A stretch of 64,000 bases of DNA from Eledone cirrhosa. Its lineage: Eukaryota. The stretch spans positions 414,532,001 to 414,596,000 of the forward strand of contig OZ024740.1 of NCBI GenBank assembly GCA_964016885.1. Direction: 5' to 3'. The position numbers and the translations under genes were made by a program. Positions 25,173 to 38,814 of this stretch are shown here, in pieces. Positions within the stretch are counted from its first letter, which is position 1, and every line of letters begins with the position of its first letter. The notes beneath the pieces were generated by a model. That model saw only the letters and a list, made by a program, of their open reading frames with translations. It had not been told where the DNA came from and did no database searches.

Positions 25173-26265
25173 AATTCAATATATGGTCAAAGAGACAATC
25201 ACCAGGATTGGTCACATCACAAGTTAGTAGTAAATCGGTGATGGCAAATTGGTGGGGGAAGGGGTAGCTAAACCTGCCGGTAGGAGAAAAAGGGAGGGGG
25301 TGGAGTAGACCCATTCATGCGTTGGTAGTGCCGGCTACAGCTGGGCGCGAGGTCAAATGGATATTGGGGAGGGGGAGGGGGAGGAATTCGAAACGGTAAG
25401 TAGAACAATGAAGGGTAAAACTATAAACAGTACTGAGAGAGAAAAAAAAAAAGAAAAAAAAAAAGAAAAAAAAAAAAAGAAAAAAAAAAAAAAAGCAAAG
25501 TTTGGTTACTAAGACTTAAGTCTCTCGCTATTGCTAGGCTAAAGAAATACATAAATAAATAAATAAACAAATACGTGAATAAAAGATAAATAAATTTAAA
25601 AATATATATAATGAAGAATAAAATACTAAAGAGACTGCCACGAAATAATAAAGGTTTCTACCCCAATCACAGGGCCAGCAACCACCCAGTGCAAGAAAGT
25701 AAACTAGTATGAGAATATAATTTAGGGTCCCGCAAAAAAATACTAGTGCTAACTCTAAGGGTACCGCCACGAAATGAAAAGTCTTATACACGCTACATGA
25801 AAGATCGTACGAAGTAAAAGTAAAGAACGGAAAATTAATACAGAAACACCCCCCTGAAACTTTACAAATGCTGTTTTCGATGGACCAACTCCTAAACAAG
25901 AAAGATCAACTGGCTACTGCATGTAAACACCGATTACGTAGGACTTACCTCGCCCTCAAACCCCATAATGACTTGGGGGGGGGGGGGGGGTAGACTAGGG
26001 CTATAACACCCCACTTGCCTATTTTGTAATGGGTAACCCCTGCTTGCCAATGGAGACGTAAGATCTTCTTTTACATTCTTACGGCTATTTAAATACCAGA
26101 ATAAATTTTCATTGAGTCCAGAATTAGCCGTCGAAACAGCTTGAGCTCAGCCGTTGGGGTCTTACTTGTTCCTATTACCCACTCTACTACCCTAAGTATT
26201 GAGTACTTTGGTGCATTATGGTCCACCTGGTTCCTTACCACATTTCCTTCGTTATCTATATATAT

Positions 26266-26682
26266 AAGCAAGAAAGTCAGTGTTGGTAAAATCCAGTACT
26301 TCCGTATGCGGATAGGGAGCACTCAACGAAGATATAAGTTCCGGAGTTATAATAGTGACGAAACATAAGTCAATTGCATGAACTCATAATCCTTTATTTA
26401 CTGCTATATATATTTCAATGATAGCCATTGAATGGCTATGACCTCATCAGGCAGTTAGTCAGTTGTTAGATATGCCAGCTCTGTGTTTATAGTGTTGATG
26501 GTATCAGAGCCTTGGGACATATATTTGTATATATATATATATATATACAAATATAAAGGATTATGAGTTCATGCAATTGACTTATGTTTCGTCACTATTA
26601 TAACTCCGGAACTTATATCTTCGTTGAGTGCTCCCTATCCGCATACGGAAGTACTGGATTTTACCAACACTTACTTTCTTGC
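26266..26682. repeat. fold-back element with ~130-bp inverted arms
   Basis: 26266-26397 is the reverse complement of 26552-26682; TA tracts outside and inside. Confidence 0.9.
26400..26455 (-). ncRNA. type I hammerhead ribozyme motif
   Basis: ACTGC-CTGATGA-ggtc-ATAGCCA-ttcaa-TGGCTAT-catt-GAAA-TATATA-TA-GCAGT. Confidence 0.7.
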
Positions 26683-26712
26683 CTATATATATATATATAG
26701 AGAGAGAGAGAG

Positions 26713-27224
<512 letters not shown>

Positions 27225-27514
27225 ATGTATAATAAAATATAACTGATCACACGAATGTCTATTTTTGTTAATATTTTGAATATATATATATAATTTTTTT
27301 TAATACTTTTTTATACTTATTTTAATTTAATTTAATTTTATTAATACATTTTTACACTTCTTAATCCAAATTTTAGTATTTAAACCCAATATAAAATAAT
27401 ATACCAAGTTTCTATATTTTAGACCTCTAATATTTGAATACCATCTATAATATTCGCACATACACCTCATCAATTTACTTTTTAGCCGTTATTTACAGCT
27501 GTTTTCATTTTGAC

Positions 27515-29493
27515 AGCGTTCCTGATCAAAAGAGGCAAAATAAATCGTCCAACCACCTCAAACAGGTGACAAAAAAGGCAGTGCTTCAATTTGAGCAGCA
27601 CATAGCAACCAGCCCTGACAGTAAGGTGTTCTGGAAGTATGTTCACTCAAAGCTGAGGCCTCACTCTCCAGTTGGTCCTCTTCACAATCCCCACACAAGC
27701 CAGGTTACTGACGACCCCAAGGAATGCGCAGAACTCATTGCTGAATGCTATGCAGGCATTTTCACTATTGAAGACCAGAGTGTACCATCTCCACCACCTA
27801 TGACACCGGACTCTATTACAACCATGGAATTTACACCTGCAATGCTGTGACGTCACCTAAAAAATAAACACAACCATGCCTCTCCTGGTCTTGATGGTGT
27901 TACGTACCTGCTTCTCAAACATGGTGGGTACTTCCTTCTGCACCAGCTATCACGCTTCTTCCAATTCTGTCTTAACAGCGGTGCTACTCCAGAACAGTGG
28001 AAAACTGCCAATGTCATTCCTCTGTTCAAAAAGGGTGACCGCACATCACCTGTGAACTATCGTCCAGTCAGTCTTACTAGTTGCATTGCCAGACTGATGG
28101 AATCCTGTGTCAGAGAAACACTTTGGAACTTCTGGAACTCTCAGTCTTATCCAGCCCTCGCAATTTGGATTTATCCCCAACTCCAGCTGCTGTGATCAAC
28201 TTATCGAGTTTCTTGAAGACATCACCCGGATCACTGATGGCGGCTCATGGATGGATGTTGTTTACCTTGACTTTGCGAAAGCTTTCAATTCTGTGCCACA
28301 CAAAAGGCTTATGGCAAAACTCTCTGCAATGGGTATGAAGGATGATCTTTTTAAGTGGTTGAAATCTTTCATTCTCAGTCGAAGAGAGGTAGTCACGGTT
28401 CTGGGATAGCATTCCTCACCATATGAGATGTCATCTGGTGTACCACAAGGATCTGTTCTTGGCCCCCTTTTGTTTGTGGCATATATTAATGACATAGATG
28501 CCAACTTAAAGAATGCCAAAGTACTAAAGTACGCAGATGACATCAAGCTGTAACTTGAGATAAAAAGGACAGATCCTGAACACTATAGATCTTGCTTGCA
28601 GTCTGACCTGGACACAATGCAACAATGGATCTCAGACTGGCAACTCAAGCTAGCTGTGGACAAGTGCACGACCATGCATTTTGGGAGTAAAAACCCAGCG
28701 TCCACATACTCCCTCCACAGCACTAATATCAAGAAGTCTTCTTGTGAACGTGACCTGGGTATTACGGTCAGCAGCGATTTGCGTTGGACGAAGCACATCT
28801 CTAAAATTGTCAAGAGGGCCGAGGGTGTCTTAGCATCACTCAGCAAGACCTTTGTCAGCCGCTCTCCAGCTATCTATTTAAGGCTGTACATGGTTATGGT
28901 GCAGCCACACTTAGAATTTGCATCACCAGTCTGGAACCCCTATCTTGTTCAGAACATTGACCGCCTGGAAACTGTTCAGAGACGTGCAACCAAGCGAATA
29001 CCCTCCATCAGGCATCTACCATACTCTGAACGCCTTGCTTCCCTGGGCATGGATACATTGAAGCTCCGACGCCTGGCAACTGACTTGGTAAACACCCACA
29101 AAATTGTTAAACATCTTGCCAACAACAACCCTGAGTACCTTTTTGATTTCCATATGTCTAACACACGTGGACATGCCCACAAAGTCAGAAAACAACACAG
29201 TTGCCATGACTTTCGGAAACATTTTTTCACGCTCAGAGTTGCTGAAGCATGGAACAAACTACCTGCATCGGTTGTTAGCTGTCGAGACACTGCATCCTTT
29301 AAAACCTCCATGCTTCCCGAGATTTGCCAACACTACACCTAATGTTCCCCCTCCATACACATACACACATGTATATCATGACTCATACACTGTTCACTTC
29401 CCTGACATTTGTATATTATTCTATGTACTATACATGCACCTTTGACAAGTTGTAGTGCACCCTAGCACTTTACACAATAATTTCATTATTATA
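27515..29493 (+). mobile_element. 5'-truncated CR1/L2-group LINE, RT pseudogene
   Basis: KVFWKYV, WKTANVIPLFKKG..NYRPVSLT, VYLDFAKAFNSVPH, SGVPQGSVLGPLLF, KYADDIKL, PHLEFASPVWNPY, FFTLRVAEAWNKLP; stops present; (ATT)n tail. Confidence 0.92.
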
Positions 29494-29667
29494 AAAGTCT
29501 CTCTCTCTCTCTCTTCCTTCTTTCTTTTTCCTCTCCTCACTTTCTTTTTCTCCTTCTTTCCTTTTTTTCTATTTTCCTATCTTTATCTTACTCTTATATT
29601 TTCTGTCATATGTAGGTTTTGCACTTTCCTGTTGACAAGTGTTTTTAGGTCTCATATCATGTTACCT

Positions 29668-29737
29668 TATTTTATCTGATGAGAACACAATTTTTGTCCC
29701 AGGATGATGTAGTTTTCGAAATGCGCATAATAAAATA
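29668..29737 (+). ncRNA. type I hammerhead ribozyme motif (family of 20640-20709)
   Basis: TATTTTAT-CTGATGA-GAAcac..gtttTC-GAAA-TGCGCA-TA-ATAAAATA. Confidence 0.75.
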
Positions 29738-30425
29738 TATGGAACTTCTTTAACCATCTTTTAATTTCTTCTTTAATATATACTCCAGTTCTACCAACTG
29801 TTGAGTTCTACTTATCTGATATATGCATAGTTTTATTGTTCTACAATATTACTCACGTTCTACATATATATATGTATATATATATAGACTGTGGTAAACT
29901 TAAATTAAATATAACTACCTTCTTTTCTTTAATCAGAAATCTTAGCTGTGAAAAGAATGAACTGCAAATTGTAAACACTTTCAAACATTCTTCCATGTGT
30001 AGAAAAACATGTGATTATTCTTATGCCAACATTTCAATGATTATTATTTTCACATCAGTGAATTACTACCCCCCTTATGAATATATTTATTTTTATGTCT
30101 ATGGTGGAATATTCGAAAGTGCTTGCACATCACATTTCATCCTTTTTACAGCTAAGGCTACTAATTCAAATGGTAGTTTTATCTACCTTAAGTTTACCTT
30201 AACCATCAAATATATAATGTGTACTAGCATAAATATACTTTATTTATTTATACAAATTTGTCTATTTTATTTACTTAATTGCCTAAATAATAGTGGGATT
30301 ATAAGCTGTGTTTTTGTGTAAAATTAAAGAAATTACTTATTTGCTGATAAAATTTCAACACAAAGTTATTGTGTACACAGATAAGGTGTTTACATCTGTC
30401 TACTTACAAACAGTGCTATCTGAGA

Positions 30426-30930
30426 TCTATATATATAAAGTTGTATTCCTGTCTGTTTGTCTGTTTGTTTGTTCACGAACTCCTATGATTTTGGAGATAG
30501 ACCCTCCATAATCATATATATTCTGAAACTACATTGCCCAGGGTACTTGGATAAGTATATTTCATTTTAATCAAAGGGTTCCCCAGGAGCACAAAACGCC
30601 TGCTGAATATTTTTTCCCTTTGATTTATATGAAATTTAAACCATAGGTAAATGTCAAGATATGATGCCTATTCACAAAAGTTTTGAATTGATATTTTGAA
30701 AAAAATTATTTACAAGAAACAAAATAAGAATAAGATTTAATAATGTAATTTTGATTTGATATATTACAAAAAATAATATTTTCCAAATTTTTCATGCATT
30801 ATATTTTACATTGAGTAATATTGAAATGCAGAATTTTTCTCCATAAATTATATCACTGATTTAAAATCAATCATCATTTTCTTACAAAATAAATGTGTGA
30901 AACGCAGCAAGGCGCGGGTAATTCGGCTAG
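30426..30930 (+). mobile_element. non-autonomous Helitron
   Basis: A|TCTATATATATAAAG start, (TGTC/TGTT)n near the 5' end, GC-rich subterminal ACGCAGCAAGGCGCGGG, CTAG|T end. Confidence 0.75.
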
Positions 30931-31438
30931 TCTATAGATATATTCTGTTGATGTTAGGAATGGATTCCAGTCATAGGAACCATGCAAAAAGGCTTGAAAG
31001 GCTTCTTCAGTCATGTCATGACAACCTCTCTAGTACTAGAGCCATGGAAAATATACACATTGCACTCTATAAAATGGTTGACAATAAGAAGGGCATCCTG
31101 CTGTAGAAACTGTGCCACACAAAGGACTCTCCAATTGTGTCAAAGGTACAACAATCTATCTAATGTTAGTGCCTTGATAAAATGGATCTAGTATATGTTG
31201 TAGTGCAGGTTCACATGTAAGATGCAGCCACTGGGCCTCAATGATACCAGTAGCTCTGATTAAGTAGTGACTTAGCCTGTGATGACCTGTACAATCCTTG
31301 CTAGCAGGAGGAAATGGTTGTTAAATTATTGTGATGATGATAATGATATTTTGTAGCATACCGAATAGTAACAATTCTAGACATTATAGTTATGTTGATA
31401 CACTGAATGATAATTATATTAGAAACCCCAATAATAAT

Positions 31439-31624
31439 AATTGTTTCTACTTTTGGCACAAGGCCAGCAATTTCCCCAGTGCATTACTGGTACTTTATTT
31501 TATCGACCCCCGTAAGGATGAAAGGCAAAGTTAACCTCGACAGGATTTGAACTCAGACCATAAAGGGCCGTAACTCTTTGCTGCAAAGCATGGCGTCAGA
31601 CCCTCTACCGATACTGCCAATCCA
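31439..31624 (-). mobile_element. SINE family A
   Basis: Reverse complement of 9488-9669. Confidence 0.85.
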
Positions 31625-32116
31625 TGATAATGTAATGTAATATTATTATCAGTTTCAGAAATGAATGATCTGCAATGATAATTCCTGCTGCCTTTATTAT
31701 CACAATTGACAGTTGTTTCACTCACACCCAATAATTCAAACAGCTTTATCAAAAACATTCGTTGCCACTTCTTTTACTGCTCATGTTATTGTCATAGATA
31801 TAAATTATTTCACATAATATTGAATGAATTATACTTCATCATAATTTATAGTGAAATATTTAAATTGAGGCTCAAATACTATAGCGTCAGTGGTGATTTA
31901 TGTCAGCTATCAACTAGAAATTAAAGAGTTGTAAATGCTATTATATATTCTAGCTCAGAATTACAGCAGTTAATGATTTCATACACATCAGTTGATAACA
32001 GTCCATCAGTATGTCTATGTTGTTTAGCCCTAATCAATATGACTAAAGACGTTCCAACCATAACCATCCATTATATTTCATATATTTAATACTATATTAT
32101 TCAATGTGTACAATTT

Positions 32117-32346
32117 TTAACCCTTTAGCGTTTAAACCGGCTATATCCGGCCAGAATTCTCTCACTTCATTCTGTTCAAACCAGACGTTAACTGGCCATT
32201 CATACTGATGTTACAGTATTGTTCTCAAAATAATTAACATCGAAATCTCATTGATTCGATATTATGTGAGATAATTCTGTGAGATAAAGCCTTTACCACA
32301 AAAATACAATAGTAAATATAGAGTAATGTAAATGCTAAAGGGTTAA
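32117..32346. mobile_element. piggyBac-type MITE
   Basis: TTAACCCTTTAGCG ... TGCTAAAGGGTTAA. Confidence 0.85.
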
Positions 32347-32694
32347 ATCAGTACACTGTGGTTTTAGGGATTTTTGACTGCTACTTCTAGTAGATCGAGC
32401 AAACACACAAAGCCCCATCCCCAACTACATTAGCTGATATTGTCATATTCTTTTTTTTAATAAGGGGTCTCCAATTTATTCCGATGTATTGTGTAAATAA
32501 CATCAAGATGAAATTACAACTTTGACATATTAAGAGGAGTAGAATCAAAATATATACAATAGTCTGGAGAATTGCCTCTAGCCACACATACTCCCCTCTC
32601 TTGTTATTTCTTTAAGTCATTCATTTCAAACTGAATAATACATAAAGAAATTGTTTTGAATTTTAAATGTCATTAAATGATACTTGGTATCTCT

Positions 32695-33110
32695 ATTCTC
32701 TCTTATTATGTGTATGGGAGAGAGTTCTCTCTTAGTATGTGTATGGGAGAGAGTTCTCTCTTATTATGTGTATGGGAGAGAGTTCTCTCTTATTATGTGT
32801 ATGGGAGAGAGTTCTCTCTTATTATGTGTATGGGAGAGAGTTCTCTCTAATTATGTGTATGGGAGAGAGTTCTCTCTTATTATGTGTATGGGAGAGAGTT
32901 CTCTCTTATTATGTGTATGGGAGAGAGTTCTCTCTAATTATGTGTATGGGAGAGAGTTCTCTCTTATTGTGTGTATGGGAGAGAGTTCTCTCTTATGTGT
33001 ATGGGAGAGAGTTCTCTCTTATGTGTATGGGAGAAAGTCATTCTCCCTAATGTGTATGGGAGAGAGTCCTTCTCTCTTATTATGTGTATGGGAAAGTGTC
33101 CATCTCTCTT
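32695..33110. repeat. 29-bp minisatellite TCTTATTATGTGTATGGGAGAGAGTTCTC
   Basis: About 13-14 tandem units, decaying to the right. Confidence 0.95.
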
Positions 33111-33278
33111 ATATACACATATTGTACACCAAGTCCGAAGCCTATGTTCTATTCTTCTTTCCTTTGAGTGTCAACATTTTTTTGTCATTCTTTCATGCTC
33201 TCTACAGATATCCCCATGCCTGTCATTCTCATACTACCTCACTGCTGTCTTCTTTGTAACCTACCTTAAAACTGGTGC

Positions 33279-33545
33279 TTAACCCTTTCCTTATCAGATT
33301 TCTAATGAAAGACACTGCTTATGGTTTTCAAATCATTTTGAAAATAATCAATGATTTTTTTTTTGTGGGGGGGAGTCTAGTATATAACTAATTTTCTCAT
33401 AATTAAGCTATTATTTTGAACATAACAAAGGGTTCTTACATAAAATTATGACTGTAGGTTCTTAGATAAATACAAACACTTTAAAATGAACAGCTTATCA
33501 TAGAACCAGGGCCAGTTTCAGATGATTTGGTATCAAAAGAATTAG
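33279..33545. mobile_element. older TTAA-type MITE (related copies ~740-970, ~44026-44281, ~55984-56110)
   Basis: TTAACCCTTT start, GGTATCAAAAGAATTAG end, recurring degenerate interior. Confidence 0.5.
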
Positions 33546-33593
33546 ACAAAAGAAAGTACACACAACAGATATAGCATTATTATGCTAGCAGCA

Positions 33594-33772
33594 GTGGATT
33601 GGCAGTATCGGTAGAGATTGGATGCCATGTTTTCTAGCATAGTTATGTCCCTTTATGGTCTGAGTTCAAATCCCGCCGTGGTTAACTTTGCCTTTCATCC
33701 TTACGGGGTCGATAAAATAAAGTACCAGTAATGTGCTGAGTAATTGCTGGCCTTGTGCCAAAAGTAGAAACA
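33594..33772 (+). mobile_element. SINE family A
   Basis: 18-bp TSD ATTATTATGCTAGCAGCA at 33576-33593 and 33773-33790. Confidence 0.9.
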
Positions 33773-34777
33773 ATTATTATGCTAGCAGCAAGTAGTACTT
33801 TTAAAGGCTAATTTGGATAATATAAACAACTGAACAAAAATATGGCTGAGGAAAAACATAACTACACTATACTAAAAATTGCAAAGATTACAATATAATA
33901 ACTAAAGTTAGAAGTATAAAAGTTAGAAGTATAACATAACATAAAAGTATGTTCTACAGTTGTAGTTATATAACTCTATGTCAGCTCTTGTTGAGAAGAC
34001 CTCTGATTAGAAGCTTTCCATTCATAATTATCTTTCTTATCGTTGTATTTAAGTGTATCTAACACTATATTATTCAATATATCATTCCTTTCTTATGAGA
34101 GTAGGGAGTGATTTGGCTGCTATTTCTTGCCCAATATTAGAGTAGTCAAATGTCAAGTTACACTTGGATACAAAGTTTCATTTCTAGGTGTTAAACTCTC
34201 TCTCTCCACTACAGCAGAGTATCTAAGAGGAAGAGTAAGAGGCACTTTTGACGTGGCTGGAATAAAAGGATTAATGTCCATATGATGAGGTTGAAAACTA
34301 TGACAGAACTGATAGTATGACAGACTAAATATGTTATGGTATTATGTTACTTTAAGTTCTTATTTCAAATCCTGCCATCATGGTGTAACTGCTGTTGTTA
34401 CTAATGTTTCTAATACCAAGATCTTCCAAAGGGTTAATTTAATAACAACATGATTTACAACTTTAATTATTTTCCAGACTCGTTAATATGGTTTTTTCAC
34501 AGCAACACTAAACTCAATAATAATTTTATTGACAACAATATTTAAGACTTTACATTCGGTATTCCATGATCTCAAAATGACATTAAAACCTAAACTGCAA
34601 TAAGACAGCTATTAAGTTCATAAAATCACATGTTTTTAACCCACTTAAAACAAAGAAAGAATATTAAATAGAATGCCATGAAGAATGCCATACCTACTAG
34701 AAAGAAATGTTTTCTTTTAGTATTTGAACCTGACTAGTTAATACAGTAACCTTTGCATGTGCTATATTTATTTTCTA

Positions 34778-36275
34778 TCATCATCATCAGCAGCAGTATC
34801 ATTTCACATCTATTTTCCATGGGTTAGACAGGTCATTCCATTTGAGGTAAGTTGGGTCAGGTGACTGTGTCTTACTCATATAGAACTGTTTCTAGCTAGG
34901 TTTCTATGGCTGGATGCCCTTCATAACGCCAACCACATTTACAGTGTGTGCTGGGTGCTTTTTGACATGACTCCCACACAACCACTTTACAGTGTGTGCT
35001 GGGTGCTTTTTGCCATGACTCCTACATGACCACTTTACAGTGTATGCTGGGTGCTTTTTGCCATGACTCCTACATGACCACTTTACAGTGTATGCTGGGT
35101 GCTTTTTGCCATGACTCCTACATGACCACTTTACAGTGTATGCTGGGTGCTTTTTGCCATGACTCCTACATGACCACTTTACAGTGTGTGTTGGGTGCTT
35201 TTTGCCATGACTCCTACACGACCACTTTACAGTGTATGCTGGGTGCTTTTTGCTGTGACTCCTACACGACCACTTTACAGTGTATGCTGGGTGCTTTTTG
35301 CTGGGACTCCTACACGACCACTTTACAGTGTATGCTGGGTGCTTTTTGCTGGGACTCCTACACGACCACTTTACAGTGTATGCTGGGTGCTTTTTGCCAT
35401 GACTCCTACACGACCACTTTACAGTGTATGCTGGGTGCTTTTTGCTGTGACTCCTACATGACCACTTTACAGTGTACGCTGGGTGCTTTTTGCCATGACT
35501 CCTACACAACCACTTTACAGTGTATGCTGGGTGCTTTTTGCTGTGACTCCTACACGACCACTTTACAGTGTATGCTGGGTGCTTTTTGCATGACTCCTAC
35601 ACAACCACTTTACAGTGTATGCTGGATGCTTTTTGCTGTGACTCCTACATGACCACTTTACAGTGTATGCTGGGTGCTTTTTGCTGTGACTCCTACACGA
35701 CCACTTTACAGTGTATGCTGGGTGCTTTTTGCTGTGACTCCTACACGACCACTTTATAGTGTGCGCTGAGTGATTTTTGCCATGACTCCTACACAACCAC
35801 TTTACAGTGTACGCTGGGTGTTTTTTGTCATGACTCCTACAAAACCATTTTATAGTGTATGCCGAGTGATTTTTGCTGTGACTCCTACATGACCACTTCA
35901 TAGTGTGCGCTGAGTGGTTTTTGCCATGACTCCTACACAATGACTTTATAGTGTGCGCTTAGTGCTTTTTGACATAACTCCTACACAACCACTTTATAGT
36001 GTGCGATGAGTGATTTTTGCTGTGACTCCTACACGACCACTTTACAGTGTACACCGAGTGCTTTTTGCCATCACTCCGACACAACCACTTTACAGTGTAT
36101 GCTGGGTGCTTTTTGCTGTGACTCCTACACGACCACTTTACAGTGTATGCTGAGTGCTTTTTGCTGTGACTCCTACACGACCACTTTACAGTGTACGCTG
36201 GGTGCTTTTTACCAAGACTCCTACACAACCAGTTTACAGAGTGCATGTAGGTGTCACTGTAAAGTGTGTATGTAG
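34778..36275 (-). mobile_element. RTE-type 3' end whose internal 48-bp unit is amplified into a satellite
   Basis: (GAT)n tail and GAAGGGCATCCAGCCATAGAAA block at left, followed by the array. Confidence 0.75.
34933..36240. repeat. 48-bp tandem satellite, ~27 copies
   Basis: Unit ACCACTTTACAGTGTATGCTGGGTGCTTTTTGCCATGACTCCTACATG; 16-aa periodic ORFs. Confidence 0.95.
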
Positions 36276-36276
36276 G

Positions 36277-38340
36277 TGCAGTATGGACGTGGTATCACTA
36301 TACCCATCCATTAACATTGATTTTGCTGTGGAAAAATGTGTGGAGATGATCAGTGAGATTGGGGTGGAGTTCTGCGACGTCGCCACAGACGAACTGGGCC
36401 TCCTACTTAGACTTACTTATGACACTGACTACCTAGACAGCCATGACCTTAACCGTTTCTGCCCCAGTAGACCCATAAGAGGTAGGACCCCCCCCCCCCC
36501 CCCCACGATGACCTCAATGGCAAAAAAGACTCCCATGGGAAGGTGGATTGGGTGGACCAAAGCCATACGAACCCCCTCCCCCAATATAAAAAAACAATGA
36601 TCAGGTAAGAAAAATGGTCGCACATGCAATAGGGGCTAGTATTAAAACTACCCTAAAGGACCGCATATTCAAATTCAACGAGAAGATCTACACCATAATA
36701 AGGGAGCAACCATTGACGTCAGCATAGCTGGTGATGTTGCCAACCTTTTATGGTATGGTGGCAAAGGAGACTCAAAGATCTCCTTGATGAGAGCTCCATA
36801 GACCTCATCATGTACTCTCTTTACGTAGACGACATTAATATAGTAATAAGGAGATCCCCACAAGAGAGTACTAACAAGTATGATTTAGAATGTAGCACAA
36901 TGGAAAGCATCCAGCAGATAGCTAATTCCATACACCAGAGTATAACTGTAACTATCGACTTCCCTTCCAAACACTCTAACAATAGACTACCTGTATTAGA
37001 CACGGAACTCTGGATTAACACTATAGACGAGAGAGCCCAAATTCTCCACTCACATTATGCTAAACCCATGGCCTCCAAATATCTGATACTCAAAAACTCA
37101 GCAATGTCCAGTAGTGCTAAGTTTAATATTCTGATCGCAGACTTGGTACGAGTGATGAAGAACGTGTCCCGCATGTGCGACCCAACAGAAATGGAAAGAC
37201 ACATCCAACACTTCATCAACCGCATGCAGTTCTCTGGCTACAACCAAAGAGACACGGAGAAGTATAAGACCCTCATAGAACTGGACATGAAAGGAATTTG
37301 CCCATTTACAGGAGCAAATCATGAAATAGCTTAGATAGGACTAAACATAAGATAGGGAAAGCCACCTCATGGGACGACAACCAGAGATACCAGAGTGTCA
37401 TGTTCGTGGACGCTACCCCTGGAGGGAAATTAGCTAAGCAATGTAGAAAGGCCCTGAGAAAGACCCACCTAAAGATTAAGGTGGTAGAAAAGCCAGGAAC
37501 CACCATAAAATCCCTGATCAGCAAAACATACCCTTTTAAGAAAACCCACTGTACTAATAGGAAATGTATTATATGTAAAGTAAACCCCCGGATAAACTGT
37601 AAAACTAGAAATGTAGTCTATAGCATAAGATGTACAGAGGGCACTTGCAGAAAAATGACAACAACATACATAGGCAAGACAGGTCGTAGCATAGGGGAAA
37701 GGATAGACCAACACTGGGGGAAACTAAAAGGACGAAAAAACGGTTCAGTACTATACGAACATGCCAGACAACAACACGACGGTAACATAGACAACATAGA
37801 AATTAAAATAATATCTAAACAGATAGGCAAATCAGAGAGGCCAGTGAAATAGAACTTAGAAGGCCAAAGGTAAACAGAAAAAATGAATGGAATAACAACA
37901 ACACCCAAACAAAAATACTGACCTAAGAGAAATATAAATAAATAAATAAATATATACACAAGCACAATAACAACAAACACATATAAACACACACTAGTAA
38001 GATAGAATACAATAACCAAAACACAGTCACCCAAACGCGAACACTCATCAAAACACATAATAGCACCACTGACGATGTTGCAGATGTGCAACAAAAGAAC
38101 TTTGTTAGACTATATATATGTGTTTGTGTCTATATTATATCTGTATTTTGGCCAGTCAATGGTAAACATTGTGGACCGAATAAATTAACTGATATAAAAG
38201 ATACAGAAGCGAAAACCAACCAAACAGTGAGTGTGTTCTGTTATTAATTCTGTCAATATTATTACAACAATATGACCCTCCCCAAGTATAACAATATTTG
38301 TTTCGACACACGATTTCATACCAAAAACCTTGCAAAACAA
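36277..38340 (+). mobile_element. 5'-truncated Penelope-like element (second family) with 3' pLTR
   Basis: SMDVVSLYPSI, SIAGDVANLF, YVDDINI, LPVLDTELW, YAKPMAS, FVDATPGGKL, C..C..CKTRNVVYSIRC..YIGKTGRS (GIY-YIG); frameshifted; ends in a TA tract. Confidence 0.9.
38051..38125 (+). ncRNA. degenerate hammerhead motif in pLTR
   Basis: CTGACGA-tGTTGCAgatgTGCAAC-AAAAG; the G of GAAA is lost relative to the 21303 copy. Confidence 0.4.
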
Positions 38341-38782
38341 ATATATAAATATATATATATATATTTAAATAAATAAATATATATATAAAAAAGAAAATTC
38401 GAAAAACTCAGATTACATTTATTGTATTCAGCCATGTAGAGCGAAAATTTTCTTTTTTATTTGAGTTTGGCAAAGGCGGCCATTTATCACTCATATACAG
38501 GAAACTGACTGGCCAGTCTGCTGATATGTAAATCAGGTCGATCAGTCACTGTGTATTTCTGAAAATAGCATATATTTTCACTGGCCCTGACAGTTTGGCA
38601 GGTGAACAGTGAGCTGTACTGATGAAGGGTGATACCCAGATTCATTAGTGTCTGCAGTTCTGTGCACATGCCAACACAGGAGCAAGAATGAAGGGTTCAT
38701 TCTACTGACATGGCTATATACTGAAATAAATAAATATATATATATATATATACATATATATATACTTAAATAAATAAATATA

Positions 38783-38814
<32 letters not shown>

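Larger units (their letters stand above)
21583..26257 (-). mobile_element. Penelope-like retroelement with direct pLTRs and an inverted partial copy
   Basis: Direct repeats 21583-22320 and 25066-25854; inverted segments 25856-26080 (copy of 22651-22865) and 26082-26257 (pLTR); both ends abut TA tracts. Confidence 0.92.

Noticed and set aside
34904-36275. His/Cys/Lys-repeat ORFs or a CRISPR-like array
   Set aside because: Head-to-tail 48-bp satellite with no unique spacers and no cas genes; derived from an RTE 3'UTR
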